A program made the translations under genes and the position numbers. The notes beneath the pieces are model-generated. The model saw only the letters and a list, made by a program, of their open reading frames with translations. It had not been told where the DNA came from and made no database searches. 64,000 bases of DNA from positions 506,203 to 570,202 of the forward strand of contig RHPI01000260.1 in the NCBI GenBank assembly GCA_009103225.1. Reading direction: 5' to 3'. Below are positions 37,997-49,900 of the stretch, one piece after another (position 1 is the stretch's first letter; each line of letters begins with the position of its first letter). The stretch comes from Chlorokybus atmophyticus (taxonomy: Eukaryota > Plantae > Mesostigma and Chlorokybus algae).

Positions 37997-40900
37997 ATGA
38001 GGCTGCTGCCTCATGGCGAGGTTTGGGCAGGGAAGGCAGCGACGACGGCGGCGGCGCTGCTCCTGGCTGCCGCCGTCGCCGCCTTGATCTGGACGCTGCT
38101 GCAGCGCTTCCGCGCCGTGGAACGTTTGCTGGCCGCCTTTCTGTGCCACAAGCTCTTCGGGGTGCTGGAGCGTTTGGAGCACCGACAAATAACGTTTAAA
38201 CCCTGGCAAGGTTGCACAATGTGTTAACCAACAAAAACATACCAGCAATCGGGCAGAGCTGCAAATTCGTGCATGTGACAGTTTGTGGTTTCAAGTAGCC
38301 ACAAGCATGGCCATTGTGAGGGGAATGCTATGCGTGAGTTAGGTGCTGCGTGCGAAGGTGCCAGAGTAGGGGTCGTATGATTGCACTGCTGTCGTCAGGT
38401 AACCAACCAAGCATACTCCCAACCAAGATTACTTATTTTGCAACACCTCAGTAGTCCACGTAGCTGCTAGCCTGACTGGTTGATCTGGAAGGTGTGGAAT
38501 GGAGAGTCAATTGTAACTGTTGAATTGGGTTCCTGCAGTACACCGCAATGTGAGATGACCTACACCAACGCAGCTAGTTGACGGCTACATAAGGGGTCAA
38601 TGCATGCGTGAGTAACGATTGTGTGGATCAACATAGCTGCACTATTTTGGAGTAGTACCTGTCAGCATGGAAGCACTGGTTTTTACTCATAGGTTATTCA
38701 TAGGCTACTCACAGTAGCGTGGGGTTCATTGTAACCAGCGAGTTAAGGTTATCTGCGTGAGGGCATGAGTGCGTGATGATGGGGTGCACTGCTGCACTGC
38801 ACCCTAACTTGTACGCCTGCAAGCATCGTATGTTATCGTTGCAAGCGCTTTCCTTGTTGCGCAACAACACCTTGTGCCTCATCAGTTTACGTGCATGCCA
38901 GCTGTCTCGTTGGTTCTACATTTTCTACCCGTTACTGCTACTGTTGCCAACTGTCACTTGTTCACAAAGACCATCATGGGGTACAATCAGTTTGCTGTCT
39001 ACAGGTGCCTTCACTGTCGCTGTAATGAGCACCCTGAAATCATGAACGCTAGCTTATCTCAGTAGCGTTATAGCTTGTCGTACCGCTTGTTTGGCACAGT
39101 GGCTGTCAAGTGTCACTGTTACATCTGTGGACTTTGCGGTTGAGAGATGTGCTGTGCTGCGCTGTGCCCGTGCCCCTGCCCCTATGCGACCTTGTTGGGT
39201 TTGTCTTTAGGCATCATGAGAAAGGGGCTTGTGCTGACACCAACTGTGACATCTCTATTTGCAGGTGTGTTTGCCATACGAGACATCACTATCAAAGCGC
39301 GTGCATTGGATGCCCTTGACCTCCCCTTTCTTACAGAATCAGGCAAGCAGTTGTGTTTTGGCATAGCGGCTTGCAGCATCAGCAGCCTACGTAACCAGTT
39401 GCTTGCGGGCGCAGGTTCATTTAGAGAGATACATTGTCAATTGCAATGGGGCGGATTGAACCCATGCAGGTTCATACTCAGTGTAGATGGTGTGACATTG
39501 AATTTGGGCACGCGCCATATACCCTCGTACACATCGCCGCAGCAACTTGAGTCCAGCGTGCGCAAGCACTTGTACAGCAAAAGGAAGCGGCACCTCAATA
39601 GTATTGATGCTGCGCTTTGGAGCAAGCCAGTCAGCCATGAGGCTGACAGCCCAAGTAAGGATGCTAGGGGTGTTAGGGTTAGACAGAGCGTTATGTTATG
39701 GGCGTTGCGAGCGATTGCAAGGGTGGAGGTTCGGTTGCACCAGCTGCGTGTGTTCTACACACAAGTGGGGGAGCATGGCAACGCCACCATGGCACTCCAT
39801 GTTGGGCAATTCAGCATTGCTGAAGACAGGAGCGGACCATTGGACATGCCACTAAGCTGCCGCTTGCTGCTGTCAGGTGAGCACATTAGTAGCAACATGT
39901 TACCGTCTGCAACGGTCAATACTAACGTGGCGGCTGATGCCAGACCTTGTGCAAGCAAAGGGTATTACGGTGGTCGTGACACAAGCAATAACACAGCCTG
40001 CATCAACCGCGCGGCAGCCGTCACCAATAACGGTGCTCAAGCAATGGAGCGTTTGCGCACATGTGCTTTGTGCTGTGACACACCCGGCGTCCACCAGTTT
40101 GGAAAAAGCACCCTCGTTGCTGCTGACGACTCGCCTGCAGCCCAACGCTTTGTTGTTGACGGTGGCAGAGGGTGCTTTGCGATGCAGCATGCAAGTGATA
40201 GACTCACTGCATACGTACTTTAAGTATCAAAAGCATCGACGAGGGCGCCCACAAGTAACTGTTTCGGAGAGGCCAGACTTGTGGTGGAAGCATGCGGGCC
40301 AGTGCGTATTGAGAGAAAGGTGGAGGTTGTTACCAACATTGTATGGCAAGACCGCATCCATGGGTGAGCGGATGAGATTGCGTCACGAGTATATACCACT
40401 TTACCTGCAGAAAAAGTTGCACCCGTGGCAACAACATTTTTGGAGGTAGGTTGTCATGCGCTGGGCTGTGCACTAGCTCTTAGTGGTCATGTGCTTACCA
40501 CTGTGTACTAGCTCTTAGTGGTCATGTGCTTACCACTGTGTACACAAAAGGTTTTCAAGAAAAAGAGTGGAGGAGTTGGAGTCGCACATGTGCACGTCAG
40601 AGGTTGCAATCTGCAGATGGCTCGCTAAACTGAAGCATGAAAATCGGTCCAAAGACGCACTAGCGTTCCTGGTAGCCACAAAGGCTGCATCATTGGCCTT
40701 AACAGCTGGTGTAAGAGTCAACGGTTCAGTGACCATTGACCCTTACACCAGTTCCCAAGAAGGCCTCCACGAGCTCCTGCGCACAGTGGAGGATATCTTA
40801 CAAGGGGGAGGCACGCGTACATCTCCACTTCCAATGGCAGTTGCGGTGTCTGCATCCTTTGAGTGTCCCAAGGTGGCGGTGGTGGTGTCACCTGATGACG

Positions 40901-43900
40901 CAAGCTGGCGCGTGCTGGCCGCTGCACACAGACTTCAGTGCACGCTGCGGTTCCAGTCCAACGATGGCGCATTGGCAGTTGAAGCAAGTTGTCTTCAGCT
41001 GCAGGTGCAAGAAGAGCTTCTAGGAAACCAGCACAGTCATCCTCATGGGCACATGTTGTGCAGACTTATTGACTCTCCCCCACCCAGGCTGATTGCACCA
41101 ATGGGCTTGCAATTTTTCTCCCTGCACGTGAACCTTCCCATTGCACCGGCACGCAGCTTGATTCATTTGCGCATTGCACCCATTGAGCTGTGGTACTCAA
41201 CGAGAAGTTTGTTGAGGCTGCGTCGCTTCCTTCGCAAGATCAGTCAGCGTCGGCCTTGGGACGTACGTTCTGCAAGCCTGAGCACGGCTGTACTGGAGAC
41301 AGCCGCCTCTGGTGCTGTTGCCACTGCCCGAGCGGCAACAGCACGCTCACTGCAGGCGCGCACGCCTTGTGTGGACATCAGTATGGGGGATCTGCAACTG
41401 TGTTTGCCATGCAGTGAAGAAACCTATGCAGTGAGGACTACCAAGGCTATGTCGAGAACAAGCAGTGCGGCAGCTTTGGGCTCCCCACAGTTGCCAAGTA
41501 CTCCTCGCGGCGCTGCCAACCATACCGAGGGTGGTTTTGCATGCGTGGTGACAGTCAGCGGCTTCCATTTCCACAGTGATGACTACGAGCCCACTGACAG
41601 CAGCACCCAGCACGACTTTGCCACACAGGAAACGACCTTGTCAGATGCACGCTGGATGGCCATACATGGTGCTGGACGCCTTCCGCGATTCGAGCGTTTC
41701 TGCATAAAGCTGTCAATGCAGGTGCGGTGTGCTTGTATGCCATCGTATGTCAAGGCTGTATTCAACAAGCAACGCCTTCGTGCAGGCTTTCTTGGGCAAA
41801 GAAGACACGGATTTGGGAAGTTTCACCAATGGGCACAAAATATATATATTAGAGCCGAGCTTGTTCAGCATTGGCGTGGCGTATTGCGCAAAGCCAGCCA
41901 ACGTGCATGTTTCAAAGCTATTGAGGGTAAGCTCAGCAGCTAACTTGCACACAATTGGAGGGTGCTAAGTCCTGTTGTACTACAGGTGAGGTTGAAGGCA
42001 ACGCAAGTACGACTGAGGGTCTCTGCGTTTATTCAATTTCAACTAATGTTGCTTCACAAGACGCTTTCTGATATGGAGAAGGAGAATGCAAATGTACCCA
42101 TGGATGATCTACAGTCAGTCATTGACAGATTTCATCATGAAGGTTACCAATCCCTGCAGAGATCCACGTCACGCAGCCAGACTGTGGTATCTGAGGCGCA
42201 GCTTGTGATATCTGTTGAGTTGCAGATGCCGACCTTCACAGTCACTGTGCTTGAAGCGCGCGCACAGGTACTGTACAGCTTTGTTGTGACATGTATCAAT
42301 TGCGGCCTACTTGCCTGGCTTTGATGAGCAACATCCTTCAGGAAACGTCAGCACCAGCAGATGGTGGTTCACCAGGCAAGCGGTCAATGGCAGCGTCACA
42401 TCGAACCAAACATACAAGCATGCCATTGTCACCGCACGCAACCATTGTGGACGCAGCTTGCGAACAGCGCATGTTGCAGTTGATGATGTCCAATGTCGAT
42501 GTGCTGTACAGCCGATACCCATTTCAGCTTGGTGAGCACGCTGTGGATTTTGCCATTGGTAACGTCACCCTGCAAGACCTGCTACAGTTGGCATCCAAAC
42601 CTGGCAGCAAAGGCAGTTCATACATACTTCGCACGCCAATTACAACCGCCGTGCGGCATGTGCTGATCTCACCACTGCGTGCTGCATTCATTGCGTGGAG
42701 GCGCTGCACACGCTTGCGCTCAATGCATCAGAGCGGGGACCAACTTTGTGGGCGCATACGCTTGACAAAAGATGGCCCCAACGACATTATTGTGCAATTG
42801 AGCTTTATACCCATCGTTGTTGATGTTGACAGCGCCCTGGCTCAGTTGCGACTAGCCAGTGAAACTGCGCGCCACTTTGCGAATTCCAAACTTTTTGCAC
42901 GGAACTCTGCTTCAAGCCCATCTACACCAGCAACACCACGCACTCCAACCGGAAGCTCAGCAGCGAATAGACGATTGCGCCTGAGGGTCACTTTGGCGGG
43001 CATGCGTCTCCATGTCGTCAAACTTGGAAGACCATTCGCTTGCCTGGTTGTACTAGACACCGACTTTCGTGCAAGGGTGGCAGCGGGCATGGCAACAGAC
43101 ATTATCCTGGAGGTGATGAGTATCCAGCTGATTGACCAGCTGTGTGCCTCACGCACATACCGAAACGTGGTCACTCACTACCGTGCATCGGATACTCCTG
43201 CCCGCTTTCTGCGCATCGCGCTTGTACGGGACCAGGCCAACAATCAAACCCATGCCCGGATTGTGTGCAATGGTCCCCACATCACCATCGTCATGCGCTT
43301 CATCCGCGACCTTGGTCATATTTTCAATGAGCTCCGCGCTTGTTGCATGCCGTCAACAACCCACGACATGATGCATCTTCCCAATCCCTCACAGCCACCA
43401 ATGCTGCTACATGCTGTTTTTACTGATGCTGCTATTGATGTACCGCGTCACTCCTGGTCACCAGATTACTTTACAATCCATGCTTCATACCTATGCATGA
43501 TGTCACCCCTTGGTGCCGATTACGCTTCCGCAGTCAGAGCATGTAACAGCACAGCATGTGTGCCACGTATTCGGTATGCCAAGCTGTTGCCTGTGCAGCC
43601 TGACTTCTGGGCAGGGTTTGAGCTTTCTGCGAGCAGCAAAAGCAAAATTGGGGTGCATTTTATCGCTTTTTGGTTGGAGTGGACTTCCAGACCTGAGGTT
43701 CGAGTAGGTTTGGTTGTGAGCTTACCACCAAGCAGGCGCCTGTCGCACACTTAGACTGAACTGTGCATTTTGCGCAGGGGCTGCCAGGACACCGACAAGT
43801 GTCAAAGCCATCAACGCTGACTGCGATGATATCATCCAACCCGTCATTGCGTGTGCGCGTCACTTGGCCGTCAATGCGGATGCTGTTTGGAGAGATTCAG

Positions 43901-46900
43901 TACTCTTTGCTGATGGGAGTGGTATTTGAGAACAGTGGCGAGCCATGCTCATTTGCATCACGTGAATCTCTACGCAATGCCTTCATTGGGATGCCCCAGG
44001 GCCGCGTACTGCAAGGAGCTGAAGCAAAGCCTCTGCCGATTTCACCGTCGGAAACAGCTTCATGGGAAGTGGTGGTTGAATGTGCTTCATCAGATGTTAT
44101 CATTGAGGGTGTGCCCAATAACATTGGGCACAAAGGGTTTGCTCATCCCGTTGCGTCAGTGGCCATGACACAGCTGCAAGTGACCATAGCTGTTCTACAG
44201 CCGTCCCAAGCCCTCCATATCAAAGTGGCAGCAGCAAAGATTCGCATATGTGACTGCACGCTTCAGGGAGTTTCCCCAACAGACTTAGGCATCATTGATT
44301 GCCCGCGAGCGAGCTCCACGCCGAATGGCGATCACTTCATACTGGATTACATCATCAAGGCCAATGGCACGCACATGCTGGAAGTCAAGCTGCTCGACCC
44401 TCAGCTGCTTTGGCCGTACGTAACAGATCTTGATCTGGTGTGGTTAATCTGCGACGCGTATACACACTACTTCTTTGCGCCAACTTGTGCTCTGGGGCCG
44501 CTGAACATGGCCCCGAGTGCCTGGTTCTTCTGCAATGTCATCTTACAGGGCACAGAAGCATTTGTCCCGGTGCCGCGCGCACGCTCTGGCAGTGCAAATC
44601 TCCTCTCCCTCCTTCCGCATGTGCATAAACAGGGTGTGCAGCTGTCGTGGTCGTATCTGCGCGTGGGTTACTTCTGGGGGGGTGACGGCGAGAGCTCACT
44701 GGTGGTGGATGTCAATCAGCTGTCTGCGCACGTGATGCAGCCTGCGGGTTATTCTGAGCAGACAGAGTTTTTGGAGCCAATATCGACCAAGCTGGAACTT
44801 AAACGCCACATGCCAAAGGATGCAGCAACTTACCCCGGCACCACATCCAATCTGCGCATGGGATCGCCCAACTGCACGCTGACCGTGCACCTGTCTTACG
44901 TACACGCTGATGTGTACTCGCGCACCATTGACATGTTTGTGACCCGCCTTCAATCGTGAGTTTGTGGTTGTGGTGATGTCAGTTGATTCGCAGCAGCGTC
45001 TAATTAAACATGCTCTCCTCACTTGACAGGAGGTTGCAAAAGGGTCTGTCAACGGAGGATGGCAGTGGGCGAGTGTTTGCGACGCCACCACCAACATTTC
45101 GTCCGCACACGCTGTCGGCAAGTGTACAGTTGGGGACAATTGCCATTGCCCTCGATGACGACCGCCTGGACACTTCCATTGAAGTCCTGCATGCTTCCCT
45201 TCAGACCCCTCGATTGGACGTTAAGCGGGAGCAGCTAGCTGAGGATCTGCCTGCACATCTTCTTGTCAACGTTCGTATTGGCACCACCGAGGAGAACACC
45301 AGCGCAGATAAGCCAGTTGCAGGGGTGGCAGTTTTACTGCTCAGCTCGTCATATGAAATGATGGAACCTCTCCTGGAACCCTGGCCGGTTTCAGTTGAAC
45401 TGCGCACTACAGGCGCATCAAAGCTGCTATCAGTGCATTCTGCTGAACGCTTGCGTTTTAACATCATTCCGCACACCCTCCGTTCTGCTGGTGACGTCCT
45501 GGCTTTCTGGAAGAAGTTCCGTACAGCAAGCACCAACACAGACTTGCAAGACCGCCTCCCTTCCCAGGTGTTTGGCAAGATGCAGCGACTGCTGCGTCAA
45601 GTTCGCGGGCAGCGGCAGAAGTCAGCATACCGTATCAAAAACTGTTCAGGGTTGGTCTTGACTTACTGGGCTGAAGCAGCTGAGGCTGCTCAACGCCAGA
45701 CTCACACTGTCGACTTGGACAGCGAGGTGGCCCTTGCTGCGCAACCCACTGACAAGGCGGTCATCGCACCCGACTCACAGCACAGTTTCCTGGCCAAGAC
45801 CATAAGCATGCAGCCCCAGGGTTGGACCCCTGTAGAAGATATCATTGTCGACAGGGTTGGCAAATACGTGCATGAGATCGAGTCACCTGTTGTGCAGCGG
45901 CTCGTGCCTGTCATATGTGATGTCACTCTGAACATACGCACCAAGACTCTTACAATCCACTCGCCGCTCAAGCTGTTTAACGGCACATCACGGCAACTTG
46001 ACTTTCGACTGCATCTGCGCAGTCCGGTAGCGGGAACAAGTGGCGTGTTGTTTCTTGAAACCCTTGCCGCAGGCGCTGAACTCTTTTTGCCCCTCACGGC
46101 TGTTGCGGATGCCATGTTGTATGTGCAGGTGAGCGATGTGGTCAGTTTGCCACACAATGCAGTTTGTCCATCCTTTTCTCCCAACTTGAAATGCGTGTGT
46201 GCTCTCAGGCGCAGGGATACGAGCGGGCAGATAAGGATGTGGTAAGGCTGGATGAGTCGGTGTTGCCGGACCAACAAGGTGTTTTGGTGTGTCCTCACCC
46301 AGACCCAGCAGAGAGGCCTTTTCATTGCTGCCTGCAAGTGACAAAAGAGGAGGGCATCAAGGCCAACAGGCTGGGTCCTGTGAATGAATATATGATGTCC
46401 TTCCACCCCCCTCTGGTTGTTGAAAACGCGCTGCCATACGAGCTCGATATACTCATATTCGAGAAGGTGAGTGGGGCTTACTCTACGTGGTGGTTACTCT
46501 GCGTGGTGCTGACTGTACATACTGTATGCATGCAGGCCACAGGCTGGACAAGCCAGGCCATTGTGTTGCCAGGCGAGAAGTATGAGGTGTATGATACCAG
46601 CATGGAGCACAAGATTGGCATGCATCTGCGCGTCAATGACCTGCACTCACGCACGCCACTGGTCATCCACCTCCCCAGGCCGCGCTACCTGCAAGACCGC
46701 CAAGCTTCATCTTCATTTGTCAATGATCTCCCTGGACTCCGCCTGAAGAAGGTCAGCCCGTGTGATAGACTCTGAAAGATGTTATCTCTTGTAGTTTGCA
46801 GGCACTCACACACTGGTCGAATTGAATGCACAGGAAGTAGTTGTGCAAGGCGTGCAGAGCGGAGGGCACAACAGCTATCAGCGGTTGCACTTGCGCGTAC

Positions 46901-49900
46901 AGAACAAACGCAATGCGCATTCCTGTACCCGCCATGTCACCATCTACTGCCCATATTGGTTAATGAATGAAACAGGACTCGAATTGGCCTTCCGTGACTC
47001 TAACCAATCGCCTGTAATGTGCCCGCGCGCGACGCCAGCTACACCCGCGCAACCCATCTTGTACAACACGTCCGCGAACTCTACTGCCATTGCACTTGCG
47101 GGCTCTGTGTACTCCAAGGTCATCCCTCTGGACTCTGTTGGCATCAAGGGTGCTGTTGCGTTGGTCACCAACGTTAACAGTGATGAAGCCAATGGCACTG
47201 ATGCAGCTGGCCCAAGCATTGGCAACTACAACAAAAAGCACAACAAGGTGCCCCCGCGGCGTTACGAGTTTGGCGTGCAGATCAACCTTGGCCCAGCAAT
47301 GTTTCACCGTACCAAAATCATTACGATCACAGCCCGATTCATACTGCGCAACCAGTGCTCCTTCGCTTTGGACTACATGCAGGACTCTCTCGCCCCCAAC
47401 AACACTGTTGCCAACTTGTCTGTCGGTAACACTGTTCCATTTCACTGGACTGATGCAACCCGCTTACCCCAGTTGGAACTGATGGTGAAGCCAGTTGGTG
47501 AGGACTGGGCATGGTCAGGCAGCTTTCGCATTGATGAAGCGGGAGACTTTGGCGTGCGTTTGTGGAGTAGAAGAGGGCACGCGCACAAGATTCTTGCTGT
47601 TAATGTCTCGCTGCATGGTGCCTCGTCTGTCGTGACAATCCTAGACAGCGTTTCCACACCATTGTATCGCATTGAGAACAGACTCAGTGGCATTCGCATA
47701 CGCTTTGTGCAACGTGACTTGCCGGAGAAGCGACGGGACGATGTGCGCAAAAGCAGGCGTGATGATGGCGTTGCCGATGATGACTGGACTGATGAGCTGC
47801 CACCAAGAAGCACTGCTGATTATGCGTGGGATGAGGTAAGCTTGATGCTAGCTGACCTCACCATGCACGCTTGCTCATCATCCGTCATATGCAGCCGACA
47901 TCGCGCAAAGTTCTACGGGTAGAGCTTGTTGACCAGGATGTTGTGCGGGAGTACACTCTGGATGATATCAAGCCCCGCGCCTCGATTCTGCTTAAGCATA
48001 CCAATACACTCGCTGCTGCCAAGCAGCTCGACAGTCGCTTCAGTCGTGTCGTTGCCAACATCAGGTCTACAATGCCTGAAGACCTTCAACGGAGGGTGAG
48101 TCGCTGAGCATCAGGGTTCCCATCAGACCTGCCGCCGCAACAATTCTGACAGAACCAATGTTGCAGGTACATGTTTCAGTGTTTGCGGATGGCCCGACAA
48201 GAGTGCTGTGCTTTAGCGACACCAACAGCGATTGCAACCGAGAGACAGAGGAGGATGACTACAACATCTTGAGCCGCAAATTGGAGCGCCTTGAGTCTCA
48301 CCTGCGCACAGTTGACGCCTTACTGGCTGCAACTGATGCCACCAACAGCAGCATGCGGAACCAGACAGAGCAGCAAGGAGGGGTGAGCTATGGTTGATGT
48401 CGCCCGCATGTGGCTTGAATCTTAGTTGTGTCTTGTCTTGCCAAACGCCTTGTTTGCAGCGCAACCTGCAGCGAACAAAGACGTTCAATGCTCTGTTTCG
48501 CTATGACATTGCGCACACCAAGCGCATGCTGCCAGCTGAGTCTGCTGCCCCAGCACTCAGCGGCACTCAGGACCCAAACTTTTCAAACGCAGCTTCCTCC
48601 AACGTGAACGCGCTCATGCCTTCCCCATTGAAAAAGGTACAGCTGCAGCACATGCAATGCATTACAGATGGTGCAAGCAGTGCTTGACAAAAGTGTCTCA
48701 TGCTAAGCAGGTTGTGCATATGCGCGGGCGATCTTGGGGTCGGCGCCGACCGCCTTCCCCAATTCCAGCACGGCGAGCATTTGCATTTTCGGACTCTTCT
48801 CAACTCCACGGTGCAAAGAAGTTTGAGGCAATCGTGCGCAAGGTTTCATCATCAATGGGTTTCAGTGAGGCCAACAACAGCGGCCACAATCTGCCTGCAA
48901 GGTTGGATCTGAGCAAAGGCGTGCACTCGTCTCGGAGCTCCTTGCCAGGCGTTGCTGAACAGAATGGAACAGACGATTATGCATTCCCCGTTGTGGAACA
49001 TGCTCGTAGTAGCTCCCTCGGCATGAATCAAACCGCTGAGACAGAAGTTACTCGTAGAGCGAACAGTGCGTCATTGCGGTCGCTCAACACATTTGGTAGC
49101 TTCGCATCTGAGATCGACATTGAGGAAGAGGAGGTGAACAACAACGAGGCAGCATTGCAGAACGGCAATTGCGAAGGGAGTGCCTTATCGCACACAGTGA
49201 GCGGCACTGAGACCGACGATGAGGTTGACCCCCAGCTCATGCCAGTAATAAAGCAAGCTTTGCAGCCCAATCTGGCGGGCATTGCAGACATGCGTGTGGA
49301 AGGTGGTGAGCTTGTTGTGCACGTTGCGTCGGCCCGCGGCCTAGCCATGCGCTCAGAGGCCTGCAATCCGTATCTCGTGTTGGAGTGCGAAGGACAACGC
49401 AAGGCCACGGGCGTCGCAAAGAAGACCAACGCACCTGTATGGGAGGAGGAGGTGTTGTTTAAGTCGGTCCAAACAACATCGGACCTACGTGCTATGGTGT
49501 ACAGCAGGGATCTGATTGGTGCAGACACGTTCCTCGGTGAGGTTTACATTCCTCTTGGTGAATCGGATGGCATGGAGCAGGATCGCAGGAGTTACACCCT
49601 CAGCCGCCGGCATGGCAAAGAGAGGGTGAGTGGCGAGCTCTGTTTGTCTCTGTCCTGGAATGTGACCCCGCTGGAGATTATGACGCTCAAAGTCAAGGCC
49701 AAAGAGAGGGAGCTGGACAGCAAGCAGGACTTTCTAGCGCTGATGCAGGAAAAGGCAGACAGAGGGACCGGACCTGGTGGAAGCCAACGCAACCCCAACT
49801 TGAGCTCAATTCCTGACCACACGCCAGTCCTAGGGCGGCGGCAACTTGCCGAACTGAAGGCAAGGAAAGAGTCGATTGGAAAGCTGCTCGTGCGCGTGAT

